From the NCBI GenBank assembly GCA_964383335.1, contig CAYLHR010000002.1, positions 1-48,743 on the forward strand: a stretch of 48,743 nucleotides of DNA, given 5' to 3'. Each line of letters starts with the position of its first letter. Position 1 is the stretch's first letter. This stretch comes from an uncultured Lachnospiraceae bacterium (GTDB taxonomy: Bacteria > Bacillota > Clostridia > Lachnospirales > Lachnospiraceae). The position numbers and the translations under genes were made by a program. Below, in pieces: positions 1 through 8,950 of this stretch. Under the pieces are notes generated by a model. That model was not told the origin of the DNA, searched no databases, and saw nothing but the letters and a program-made list of their open reading frames with translations.

Positions 1-128
1 CCGGGAACGTCAGCTTCATATAAAGCGCGTTCCGCTGCTTGTCGGCTCTTTGTTGAAAAAGACAAAAAAGCCGCTGATGCAGAAATAGATTAAGACAAGA
101 ATATGAACGGTCAAAAGTCTTTTCCCTT

Positions 129-1283
129 TCAGCTTTCAGCCGGAAGCAGCGCCCGGACACAGGTCTCGGCCGCATTTTCCCCGTACTGGATAAATGTATC
201 TCTGAATTTTCTGGTATTCTCACGCTCAGCGGTCTCATCCAGCGTGACGATCCGCCCAAGCAGCTCCTCCTCGGTCAGGCAGGGGGCATTGGGATACCGT
301 TTCTTCATGTCGAAGTAAGTCCCCCTGTCCTTCAGATATGTATCGTAATCATAGGCGTAGATCAGGATCGGTCTGCACAGCACGGAGTAATCAAAGGCGA
401 TGGTGCTGTAGTCCGTGATCAGAAGATCCGAAGCGATCATGAGATCGTTGACCGCCGGATAATCCGACATATTCCTCACAAAATCATCGTACTGAATGCC
501 CAGCACCTCGGTCGTCTGATGATGCGCGCGGAAAAGGACGACGTATTCGTCCCCCAGCCTCCGCCTCCACTCGTCAAAATGAATCGGCGGCTTGATGGCG
601 TAGGTCCTGCCCCCGTCCGTCGAATCCCGCCAGGTCGGGGCGTAGAGAATCACCTTTTTTCCCGCCGGAATGTCAAGCGCTTCCCGAAGCGCCGCCTGTC
701 TTTCGGGAGATACGTGCCACAGCTCCTCATTTCTGGGAAGCCCGCATCTCAGATAGCTCTCCGGCCGGGTCCGGAGAGCCCGCCTGCAGATCTTCTCGTC
801 GTAGTCGCCGTTCACGCAGAAATAGTCGACATTGCTGAAGCTGAAATCCTTCCGCCCCGGGCAGTCGTTTCCGATGTGCTTAAAGGCCACACCGTGCCAG
901 GTATTCAGATATCTCTGGTCTTTCTTTTTAAATCTGAGGCCCCGCTCTATATTGGTATTCGTGATCCAGTATTTCGCGGCAAGCGCGGTTTTGAAATAGA
1001 CCGGCGTGTCGATCTTCACCGTATCGAGCTCCGGATAATCCCCCGGATTCTCGAACGCCCACACGCACCTGTAATTCGCGTACTCCGGATGCGCCTTTAT
1101 ATACTCATACAGAACCCTGGGGCTGTCATTAAAGCCCTTCCCCATATAGGAGACGAAAAGGATCATGTGGTCATCCGTCCGGATCAGCCGCCCCCAGAGA
1201 CGGAACACGGCGCCCATCACGAGGACATAACAGCGCTGCAGGATCCGGTTGTGTTTCAGAATATAAGCCAGTCTGTCTCTCAT
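129..1283 (-). CDS. CDP-glycerol/CDP-polyol:poly(polyol-phosphate) phosphotransferase (TagB/TagF family)
   Basis: 384 aa; motifs NTWHG, GLPRNE, ILYAPTWRD, RAHH, LITDYSTIAFDY typical of the glycerophosphotransferase family. Confidence 0.9.
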   Translation of the reverse strand: MRDRLAYILKHNRILQRCYVLVMGAVFRLWGRLIRTDDHMILFVSYMGKGFNDSPRVLYEYIKAHPEYANYRCVWAFENPGDYPELDTVKIDTPVYFKTALAAKYWITNTNIERGLRFKKKDQRYLNTWHGVAFKHIGNDCPGRKDFSFSNVDYFCVNGDYDEKICRRALRTRPESYLRCGLPRNEELWHVSPERQAALREALDIPAGKKVILYAPTWRDSTDGGRTYAIKPPIHFDEWRRRLGDEYVVLFRAHHQTTEVLGIQYDDFVRNMSDYPAVNDLMIASDLLITDYSTIAFDYSVLCRPILIYAYDYDTYLKDRGTYFDMKKRYPNAPCLTEEELLGRIVTLDETAERENTRKFRDTFIQYGENAAETCVRALLPAES

Positions 1284-1293
1284 ACGCCTCTCT

Positions 1294-2658
1294 CTACTTC
1301 TTCTGGGCAGTCGTCTGCCCCTCCTCTATCCCCTCCGTGCTCTCGGGAAGGAACAGGATCTTGATCGTCGCCAGAATGATGCTGATATCCTGCACAAAGG
1401 ACGGGTTGGATATATACATCAGATCCATCTGCAGCTTGTCGTACGGAGTCGTGTTGTACTTTCCGTACACCTGGGCATACCCCGTAAGCCCCGCCTTGGC
1501 CTGCAGGCGAAGCCGGAACTCCGGCAGCTCCTTCTCGTACTCCTCCGCGATCTCGCGCCGCTCGGGTCTCGGGCCCACGATCGTCATATCCCCCTTCAGG
1601 ATATTGAAGAGCTGGGGCAGCTCGTCGATTCTCACCTTGCGGATCACATGCCCGACGGGCGTAATCCGGTCGTCATGGTCTCCCGTGGAAAGCCGGGCCA
1701 CCCCGTCCTTCTCGGCATCAACCCGCATGCTGCGGAACTTCAGGACATCAAAATCACGCCCGTCCTTGGTCATCCTGCTCTGCTTGTAGAACACGGGCCC
1801 GTGATCCGTTGCCTTGATGCAGATGGCGGTTACGATCATCACCGGGGACAGCAGAAGAATCGCGATGAGGGACAGCGCGATATCCATGAACCGCTTGACA
1901 AAGAGGTATTCCGGGCCCGGGTCATAGCGCTGCAGCTTCAGCATGGGCAGGTGGAACATATGCATGCGGCGCGCGCCGCTCATCAGAACGTCGCCGATTC
2001 TCGGAATCACAAAGGCCGTGATGGCATTCATCACGCAGTACTTGATAATAACATTCCGGTCATGGCTGTGCACCCCGGAGAGGAACACCGCCTCGGCGCC
2101 GGAAAGGCTGTCGATGTCGGCGAGGCACTCCTTCACCGGCATGGTCCGGACCACCTTGAACTTCTTCCCGAGTCCGTAATCGCGGATGAGATCCTGCACG
2201 CCCTCTCTCATATCCCAGACGACGACGGTCTTTCTGGGAGGAAACGCGTGAAAATACCAGCGGCTGGCGAGAAAGGACCAGACGAATGCGATGACCAGCT
2301 GAGCGGCCAGAATCAGAAGGAAGAGCCCGATCCGGGGCAGGTAGCGGTTCAGCAGCCAGGTCACGATGAACATCAGGAAATCCGTGATCAGCGCCGCCAG
2401 CATCTGGCTGTACACCATCTCCCACAGCTGATTGTACGACACGACGAAGGCGTCATAGGTCCTGCCCACGACATTGTAGATCAGAAAAAACAGGAGGATC
2501 ACCGCGTAGTGCCCTCTCGTGTAATACCGGACCTCAATGGTCTTGGCGAAAAAATTGTACCATACAAAAATAAACGGTACAGTCATGAGTACCGCGTCGA
2601 GCAATTTAATAATCCTGAGTAAAAAATGATTCAGTTCCTGGTCAGATGATCCGCCCAT
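1294..2658 (-). CDS. Priming polyprenyl glycosylphosphotransferase (CpsE/WcaJ-like, large form)
   Basis: N-terminal TM helices plus C-terminal bacterial sugar transferase domain (KRFMDI, FRSM, RIDELPQLFNILKGDMTIVGPRPE); ATG at 2658 preferred over TTG at 2676. Confidence 0.92.
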   Translation of the reverse strand: MGGSSDQELNHFLLRIIKLLDAVLMTVPFIFVWYNFFAKTIEVRYYTRGHYAVILLFFLIYNVVGRTYDAFVVSYNQLWEMVYSQMLAALITDFLMFIVTWLLNRYLPRIGLFLLILAAQLVIAFVWSFLASRWYFHAFPPRKTVVVWDMREGVQDLIRDYGLGKKFKVVRTMPVKECLADIDSLSGAEAVFLSGVHSHDRNVIIKYCVMNAITAFVIPRIGDVLMSGARRMHMFHLPMLKLQRYDPGPEYLFVKRFMDIALSLIAILLLSPVMIVTAICIKATDHGPVFYKQSRMTKDGRDFDVLKFRSMRVDAEKDGVARLSTGDHDDRITPVGHVIRKVRIDELPQLFNILKGDMTIVGPRPERREIAEEYEKELPEFRLRLQAKAGLTGYAQVYGKYNTTPYDKLQMDLMYISNPSFVQDISIILATIKILFLPESTEGIEEGQTTAQKK

Positions 2659-2706
2659 GTTCCGTTCCCGCCGCAAAAGGCCCGCATCTTCAGATATACT
2701 TTGTGA

Positions 2707-2735
2707 AGTGTAGCATTCAGCCTGTTATTTGTCAA
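2707..2735 (-). promoter_or_regulatory. sigma-A promoter for the sugar transferase-tagF operon
   Basis: TTGACA (2735-2730), 17-bp spacer ending in TGC, then TACACT (2712-2707; extended -10). Confidence 0.7.
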
Positions 2736-2743
2736 CCGACAGG

Positions 2744-2773
2744 TTGACAGGGCCCTCCTCCTTCAGGTATGTT
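2744..2773 (+). promoter_or_regulatory. sigma-A promoter for the HTH-IspD/IspD/kinase operon
   Basis: TTGACA 2744-2749, 18-bp spacer, TATGTT 2768-2773. Confidence 0.5.
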
Positions 2774-2792
2774 GAATAAAAGGAACGGATCC

Positions 2793-2828
2793 GCGGCATT
2801 ATGTTGAATCTGCGGCATTTTGTAGAAT
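2793..2828. repeat. Tandem 17-bp direct repeat, candidate operator
   Basis: GCGGCATTATGTTGAAT (2793-2809) and GCGGCATTTTGTAGAAT (2812-2828), 15/17 identical; core ATGTTGAAT also at 2769-2777. Confidence 0.6.
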
Positions 2829-2870
2829 TCACGGTGCCGCTGTGCTAGTATGTGCGCGGAGGATGCTTTT

Positions 2871-3818
2871 ATGCTGAAAGACAATTTGCGCCGGCGGCGG
2901 CTTGAGATGGGCCTTTCCCAGGACGAGCTCGCGGCCAGGGCAGGATATCATTCCAGATCTTCCATTTCAAAGCTGGAGTCGGGAAGCGCCGATGTGTCGG
3001 GCGCGAGACTTGCGGCCCTCGCTTCTGCCCTCGACACGACGGCGGAGGCCCTGCTCTCCGGACCGGACGAGGAGGAGGACGGCCGGGTTTCTTCCTTATA
3101 TAATGAGAGCGCCGGGTCGGGCAGAAGCACCTTCGCCCTGATTCAGGCCGGCGGAAAATCGACCAGGAACCGGATGAATACGCCGAATCAGTTTCTCATG
3201 GTCGACCACAAGCCCGTCATCGTCTATGTGCTGGAGGCCTACGAGCGCCACCCTCTGATCGGCGAGATCGATATCGTGTGCACCTACGGCTGGGAGAACA
3301 TTCTGCGCTCCTATATCAGGCAGTACCGCCTCCGCAAGGTAAGGGAGATCATCACGGGCGGGGATACGATTCTTTCCTCCATCCACCTGGGGCTTCACGC
3401 CATGGAAAAAAGGCTGAAACCGGATGACCGGATCATCCTCCAGGAGGCCACAAGGCCCATGATCAGCCACGGAATGATTTCACAGCTCATCGCCTCCTTC
3501 GACCAGTACGGAAGTTCCATTTTCGCACACTCCATGAACGATTACGTCTCGTTTCTGAGAGACGGGCGCGCACTGGAGTACATCGACAGAAACCGGCTGT
3601 TCAGCATGGAGTCCCCGGAAATCTACCGGGCCGGTCTGCTGCTTCAGGCCCTCCGTGACCAGAAGGCGCGCTTCCCCGACGAGGGCTTCTGCTGCGCCGT
3701 GATGATGCACAGACTGGGCATCCCGCTCCGCTTCTGCGAAAGTGACGTCTCCAATCTGAAGATCATCCGCCAGGAAGACGCGTATTACTTTAAGGCCCTG
3801 AAACAGCTCGAATTATAA
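2871..3818 (+). CDS. XRE-family HTH domain fused to a degenerate IspD/TarI-like nucleotidyltransferase domain; probable transcriptional regulator
   Basis: N-terminal LRRRRLEMGLSQDELAARAGYHSRSSISKLESG (Cro/C1 HTH); C-terminal AGGKSTRNRMNTPNQFL...QEATRP...NLKIIRQED; GGAGG SD before ATG 2871. Confidence 0.85.
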   Translation: MLKDNLRRRRLEMGLSQDELAARAGYHSRSSISKLESGSADVSGARLAALASALDTTAEALLSGPDEEEDGRVSSLYNESAGSGRSTFALIQAGGKSTRNRMNTPNQFLMVDHKPVIVYVLEAYERHPLIGEIDIVCTYGWENILRSYIRQYRLRKVREIITGGDTILSSIHLGLHAMEKRLKPDDRIILQEATRPMISHGMISQLIASFDQYGSSIFAHSMNDYVSFLRDGRALEYIDRNRLFSMESPEIYRAGLLLQALRDQKARFPDEGFCCAVMMHRLGIPLRFCESDVSNLKIIRQEDAYYFKALKQLEL

Positions 3819-3846
3819 TATACAGAACAATCAGGAGAGACACAGC

Positions 3847-4566
3847 ATGAATATCGGATTAATACTGGCCGGAGGGTCAGGAACCAGAATGGGGGCGGAT
3901 ATCCCGAAGCAGTACCTGAAGGTCCGGGGGAAGCCGATTATCGCCTACACCCTCGAGGTCTTCGAGACCTCCCCCGACATTGACGCCATCGAGGTCGTCT
4001 GCGCCCCGAAGTGGATGGACTATGTCCGGTCCGTCGGCGCGGAGTATCACATTTCCAAGCTGAAATGGATCAACGAGAGCGGACCGACCTGCCAGGATTC
4101 GATCCGGAACGGCATCTTCGCCCTGAAGGACCGGCTGTCCGCGGAGGACGTCATCCTTGTCCACATGAGCGTAAGCCCCCTCGTCACCCGCGAAAACCTG
4201 GCGGAGGGAATCCGCGTATGCAAAGAGAAGGGCAACGCCTTCGCGCTCCAGCCCTGCCTCTTCTGCATGTGCAGAAAGACCACGGACGAGTGGTCGGACG
4301 AGAACGCCTACAAGGAGGATTACGGCCAGCTCAACATGCCCTGGATCATGAAATTCGGCGACGTCCTTGACCTCTATGAAGACGCGCTTAAGACCGGGCG
4401 GGGCGCGACCGTGAAGGACTATCTGCCCAGCCTCCTCTTCGAATCCGGCAAAAGGACCTGGTTCTACCCGGACAACGAGGCGAACCGGATCAAAATCACA
4501 ACCAAAGGGGATCTGGATCTCTTTGAAGCATATCTGACGCTGATGGAACGCAGGAAAGGAGAATAA
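3847..4566 (+). CDS. IspD/TarI-family cytidylyltransferase
   Basis: ILAGGSGTRMGADIPKQYL and KITTKGDL motifs; HMSVSP replaces the usual HDxxRP; SD AGGAG. Confidence 0.88.
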   Translation: MNIGLILAGGSGTRMGADIPKQYLKVRGKPIIAYTLEVFETSPDIDAIEVVCAPKWMDYVRSVGAEYHISKLKWINESGPTCQDSIRNGIFALKDRLSAEDVILVHMSVSPLVTRENLAEGIRVCKEKGNAFALQPCLFCMCRKTTDEWSDENAYKEDYGQLNMPWIMKFGDVLDLYEDALKTGRGATVKDYLPSLLFESGKRTWFYPDNEANRIKITTKGDLDLFEAYLTLMERRKGE

Positions 4567-4568
4567 GC

Positions 4569-6131
4569 ATGGGAAAATATGTTGCCAGTATCGACGCGGG
4601 AACCATGGGAGTCCGCTGTGCCGTCTTTGATCTCACGGGGAATCAGGTTTCCGCCGATTACCATGAGACGCCCACCTTCTACCCGAAGCCCGGCTGGGTC
4701 GAGCAGAGTGCCTACGACGTCATCGAGCTCGCCTACAAGGCCGTCCGCGGCGCCATCGCCAAGGGAAACATCGATCCGGCCGAGATCAGCTCCATGAGCT
4801 TCACCAATCAGAGAACCACCATGGTGCCCATCGACCGGAACGGACAGTTCCTCACCAACATGCTGATCTGGCAGGACCTGCGCGGCGCGGAGATCTTCGG
4901 CTGGGCCAGGGAGCGTCTGGCGGCGCACGGCATGACGGAGATGGATCTCTACAACCGCTGCGGCCATCCTCTCGGCGCCGTCCAGTGCGGCACGAGGGCC
5001 TTCTGGCTCAAGGAAAAAATGCCCGAGATCTACGAAAAGACCTGGAAGATGATCACGCCCCACGCCATGCTCGCCCACGCCTTCGGCGCGGATGAGTGGA
5101 TCGAGGAGGAAAGCGACAACAACTGGTGGCTGGTCACGGACGGCGACACCTTCCGCTTTGATCCCGAGCTGTGCGATGTCTTCGGAATGGACATTGACAA
5201 ATACCCCGTGAGCGGAAAGCCGGGAACCTATATCGGCTCCGTCACCGCGGAGGTCGCGGCCAAAACCGGCCTTAAGAAGGGGACGCCCCTTTATATCGGA
5301 TCGGGCGACCAGCAGTGCGGCGCCGCGGGCGTCGGCAACTCCGGGACGCCGGGACTCGGCTCCGTGTGCCTCGGAACCGCGGGCCTCTGCATCGGCTACT
5401 CCAACGAGCCGGTCAGGGATCCGAACGGCAAGTGCCACGTGCTCGGCCACCCGGCGGGCGGCTACACCATGGAGGGACACGCCTCCGCCGCCGCCTCCTC
5501 CTTCCGCTGGCTGAGGAACTCCATCGCCCAGTTTGAGATGACCACAGCCGAGATCTCCGGCATGGACGTCTATGATATCATGTCGGCCACAGCCGGCAGG
5601 GCCCCGCTCGGATCGAGGGGAACGATGTTCCTTCCCTGGCTGGCCGGAGCCGCCTGCCCGCACTATGACGAAAACGCCCGCGGCGCGCTCATCGGCATGA
5701 CGCTCGGAACGACCAAGGCGGAGATGCTGCGCGCCGCCATGGAGGGCATCTGCTTCGAGATGCGGGAGATGCTGGACGCCCTTAAGGCTGCGGGCTTTAA
5801 GAAGTTCGACCGGCTGCGCATCAACGGAGGCGCCGCCCACTCAAAGCTGTGGAACGAGATCCAGGCCAATATCTACGGCTGCACGGTCGAGACCGTCAAG
5901 GCCCCGGAGGCGACAGCTCTCGGCGCCGCCATGATCGGGGCCGTCGGAGCCGGTATCTTCGGCGATCTCCGCGAGGCGGCGGATCACATGGTGCACGTTA
6001 AGGACACCTATGAGCCCGATCCGGCCGCGATCGAGCAGTACAACGAGGTCTTCGACGTCTGGCAGTCCTGCTATTACGGCCTCGCGGGAGAGGCCTTCCC
6101 GAAGATCAAGGCCTACCAGGACACGCACTGA
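4569..6131 (+). CDS. FGGY-family carbohydrate/polyol kinase
   Basis: IDAGT, FTNQR, WQDLR, GSGDQQ, CLGTAG, LRAAMEGI, GGAAHS motifs; 520 aa. Confidence 0.92.
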   Translation: MGKYVASIDAGTMGVRCAVFDLTGNQVSADYHETPTFYPKPGWVEQSAYDVIELAYKAVRGAIAKGNIDPAEISSMSFTNQRTTMVPIDRNGQFLTNMLIWQDLRGAEIFGWARERLAAHGMTEMDLYNRCGHPLGAVQCGTRAFWLKEKMPEIYEKTWKMITPHAMLAHAFGADEWIEEESDNNWWLVTDGDTFRFDPELCDVFGMDIDKYPVSGKPGTYIGSVTAEVAAKTGLKKGTPLYIGSGDQQCGAAGVGNSGTPGLGSVCLGTAGLCIGYSNEPVRDPNGKCHVLGHPAGGYTMEGHASAAASSFRWLRNSIAQFEMTTAEISGMDVYDIMSATAGRAPLGSRGTMFLPWLAGAACPHYDENARGALIGMTLGTTKAEMLRAAMEGICFEMREMLDALKAAGFKKFDRLRINGGAAHSKLWNEIQANIYGCTVETVKAPEATALGAAMIGAVGAGIFGDLREAADHMVHVKDTYEPDPAAIEQYNEVFDVWQSCYYGLAGEAFPKIKAYQDTH

Positions 6132-6178
6132 CCGCGGTATTCCGCCCGGGATGCCCCTTTGCAGATCACAGATTTCAT

Positions 6179-6223
6179 GAGGCGCGCGGATTCCTTATGT
6201 GAGTCCGCGCGCCTCTTTTATTT
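6179..6223 (+). terminator. Rho-independent terminator
   Basis: GAGGCGCGCGGATTC...GAGTCCGCGCGCCTC followed by TTTTATTT. Confidence 0.85.
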
Positions 6224-6250
6224 GCCATCCCCCCGCAGAACTGCTATAAT
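6222..6250 (+). promoter_or_regulatory. sigma-A promoter
   Basis: TTGCCA, 17-bp spacer ending in TGC, TATAAT (extended -10). Confidence 0.75.
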
Positions 6251-6343
6251 GACTTAATTACTGTACCACGCCCACTGCCGGAACGATCAGCGCTTTCCGG
6301 CGTATTTATTGCATAAAGCACAGCGATAACGAGGTTTCAGCAG

Positions 6344-7870
6344 ATGAATAATCAGAAAAAGACCGTCAACCTCCCGGGACTGATGAAGGGAATCCTCCGC
6401 CACTGGCCGGTTCTGCTCCTATGCGGAATCCTGTGCGCGGTGCTGGGCCGGGCGTACGCCCAAAGAGCCGCGAAAAAGGCCAGAAAGGAGATCCAGGAGA
6501 TCACCGAGGCGCAGCAGTCCGCTGTCGCGTCAACCGCAAGTCCCGCGCTCCTCGCCCAGATCGACCGGATGCTTGACGTCCGCGAGTCCTACCTCGAGAA
6601 TTCGGCGGCCATGAATCTGGACATGACCAACGTCGCCTTCGCGCGGGCCACGGTTTCCATCTCCACTGAAGATCTTGACGCCGAGCTGTTTCCGCAAAAA
6701 GAAGAAGCGGAAACATCCGGGACAGAAAGCCCTGCCGGCCAGGAGACGGAGGGCGGAGAGACAGGCGGAGAAACCGACGTGGTGGAGACACCGGTTCTCG
6801 TTCCGGAAACCGCGCCCTCGGACGACGCAGCCGACGAGGCGGGTGAGAGCAGCGGTTATCAGAACACATCCGCTGCCGCCCAGCACGCGGTGACGATCAT
6901 GAACGCCTACCGCAACCGCCTGATCCACGGGCTCGACTGGGGAGCGCTTCCCGATGAGCTGGGCATAGAACCCCGCTATTTAAGGGAGCTCTGTTCCTAC
7001 AGCGAGCCGGACAGCTCCTTCTACATCACCTCCATGTTCACCGCCGCGTCCTCCGATCTGGAGACCTCGGAGAAGCTTCTGGATCATATGCTTGCGGAGT
7101 TCGAGAAGATGAAGCCGGAGATCGAGCGGCTTTACGGAAAGCATACCGTGACGGTCTCCCGCTATAACCCCTATTTCGGAATGGACAACGGGAGAGCCGG
7201 TACCTTCAGCACACGCGTATCGGAGTACAATACCCTGCTGAACCAGAAGGCGGGAATTCTCAAAAACTCCACCCCGGCCGCTGCCGCAGAGGAGGAGGTC
7301 ACACTCCCCTCCGTTCCCAGTGTGAGCCTCTTCACGGCGCTGGGCTTTGTGATCGGCCTCTTCCTCTCCGCCTATCTGAGAGGACTGCTTCTCATCATGA
7401 AAGATACCGTGCTGGCCGGCGACGAGCTCGACGGCCTGGGCGTTCCGCTGATCGCCGGTCTTCCCGACCGCCATCTGCATTCGCCCGGAATCGCGGGACT
7501 TCTGGCGCGGATCGGAGCCGGCAGCTACAGCTCCTCCAACGCGGATGTCGCCTGTAAGATCGCCGCCGAGACCATCCGGAATATAAAGGACGGCGGAACG
7601 ATCGGCATCGCCGGCGACCTGAAGGCCCCGCTTCTTGAGGCCTTTGCCGAAAAACTGAACGCGGCGGCCGACGGGACGGAGAAGTCCACAAACTATGTCG
7701 CGCTCCCGGATCTTGCTTCCGGGCCGGCCTCCCTCGAAAAGATCAGGGACTGCGACGCCATGATCATCGTCGGTGAGACCTGCGTCTCCTGCCTGCCCCG
7801 CCTGAAGGAGCTCGCCAATATCGCCGGGGCCTACGGAAAGGATCTCATCGGAACCATCTCGATCGGATAA
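6344..7870 (+). CDS. Polysaccharide co-polymerase/chain-length determinant-like protein (Wzz/CpsC-like) with degenerate C-terminal domain
   Basis: Wzz-like N-terminus (VNLPGLMKGILRHWPVLL), two TM helices flanking a large extracellular loop, CpsD-like tail; paralog of 27085-28428. Confidence 0.7.
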   Translation: MNNQKKTVNLPGLMKGILRHWPVLLLCGILCAVLGRAYAQRAAKKARKEIQEITEAQQSAVASTASPALLAQIDRMLDVRESYLENSAAMNLDMTNVAFARATVSISTEDLDAELFPQKEEAETSGTESPAGQETEGGETGGETDVVETPVLVPETAPSDDAADEAGESSGYQNTSAAAQHAVTIMNAYRNRLIHGLDWGALPDELGIEPRYLRELCSYSEPDSSFYITSMFTAASSDLETSEKLLDHMLAEFEKMKPEIERLYGKHTVTVSRYNPYFGMDNGRAGTFSTRVSEYNTLLNQKAGILKNSTPAAAAEEEVTLPSVPSVSLFTALGFVIGLFLSAYLRGLLLIMKDTVLAGDELDGLGVPLIAGLPDRHLHSPGIAGLLARIGAGSYSSSNADVACKIAAETIRNIKDGGTIGIAGDLKAPLLEAFAEKLNAAADGTEKSTNYVALPDLASGPASLEKIRDCDAMIIVGETCVSCLPRLKELANIAGAYGKDLIGTISIG

Positions 7871-7889
7871 AACCTGACAGACAGAGCCT

Positions 7890-7934
7890 GACAAAAAAAC
7901 AGATCTGCGCCGCGCGCAGATCTGTTTTTTTGTC
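7890..7934. terminator. Bidirectional Rho-independent terminator
   Basis: Perfect 21-bp inverted repeat GACAAAAAAACAGATCTGCGC-CGC-GCGCAGATCTGTTTTTTTGTC between convergent genes. Confidence 0.9.
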
Positions 7935-7945
7935 GCTCAACACGA

Positions 7946-8839
7946 TCACGAATAAACTGTATAGATCCAGCTTGAATAGTGATTACCGGTTGTACTGTTC
8001 AGGGATTTACCGCGCTTGGCCATGACCTTTGTATAATAGGTCTTGTACTTCACAAGGCTTTTTCCGTAGATCTTCGAAACGACATAGGAGCTCGCCCCGC
8101 TGCCGACCGTCGCGATCTTTTTATAGCCGCTGTTCGCGCTCGTGGAACCATAAATCACATAGGATGTCGCCCCGGAAACCTTTCTCCAGCTGACTCTGAT
8201 GCGATTCCCGCTCACCAGCGACGGCTGATTCAGCTTCGGCTGCGGCACCACAATTTTCGTATACCAGGGACCGTAAACCACCTTGCCGTTGACCGTGACG
8301 CCGCCTCTCACCCTCAGCTTATAACACTGATTTGTCGCGACATCAGAGGTGAAGCCGTCCTTCGTCGTGGTGGAGTATGATTTTTTCACGCCTCCGAGTG
8401 TATACATCTGCCACTGCATATGATCCATGGCGTTATAGGGGTTGGAGGACATTTTAAAATATCCCTTTGTGCCGTTTCCCCAGCCGGTCGGCTTGACCGT
8501 CGTCAGCGATCCGGGAACTGTCGCGCAGGAAATATAGCTTGTGCTTGAACTGGAACCGTTATACCAGCCTTCAAGACTGACTTTATACCGAGTTCCCTTT
8601 TTCAGTCCCGTAATTGTTCCGGAGGTGCTTCCCTTGGGAAGATATCTATAGCTGCTGTTTCCGGTGGAGGCATTGTAATAGTTCAGATAATAGTAATCAT
8701 ATCCGAGATCCTCTCCCCAGCTCACGGTGATGGTCTTCTGTCCCGCGCCCGTCTGTTTGAAGGTCGCCGCACTGACTGCGGCCGCGGATCCCATGATCAG
8801 TATCGCTGTCAATACAGCAGCCGCACTCAGATATTTCAT
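7946..8839 (-). CDS. Secreted fibronectin type III domain protein
   Basis: Signal peptide; FN3 signatures ITVSW...TITGLKKGTRYKVSL and IRVSWRKVSGATSYVIY. Confidence 0.8.
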   Translation of the reverse strand: MKYLSAAAVLTAILIMGSAAAVSAATFKQTGAGQKTITVSWGEDLGYDYYYLNYYNASTGNSSYRYLPKGSTSGTITGLKKGTRYKVSLEGWYNGSSSSTSYISCATVPGSLTTVKPTGWGNGTKGYFKMSSNPYNAMDHMQWQMYTLGGVKKSYSTTTKDGFTSDVATNQCYKLRVRGGVTVNGKVVYGPWYTKIVVPQPKLNQPSLVSGNRIRVSWRKVSGATSYVIYGSTSANSGYKKIATVGSGASSYVVSKIYGKSLVKYKTYYTKVMAKRGKSLNSTTGNHYSSWIYTVYS

Positions 8840-8894
8840 AAACTTTCATATCTGATCTCCTTTTTTCAAGTGTACAAAAAATAGTGATAATTTT

Positions 8895-8923
8895 ATTTTA
8901 CTGAACGGAATGCCGTTTTTCAA
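8895..8923 (-). promoter_or_regulatory. sigma-A promoter of FN3 gene
   Basis: TTGAAA-17 bp-TAAAAT. Confidence 0.6.
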
Positions 8924-8950
8924 GCGCAGAATGACTGTCCGACAGCATTT

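Noticed and set aside
40-75. Imperfect hairpin downstream of the tagF-like gene
   Set aside because: Mismatched stem without a clear U-tract; cannot be called a terminator
3847-4566. Calling this ispD (MEP pathway) or tarI
   Set aside because: No ispF or tarJ nearby and the substrate block is divergent; substrate unknown, so no symbol given
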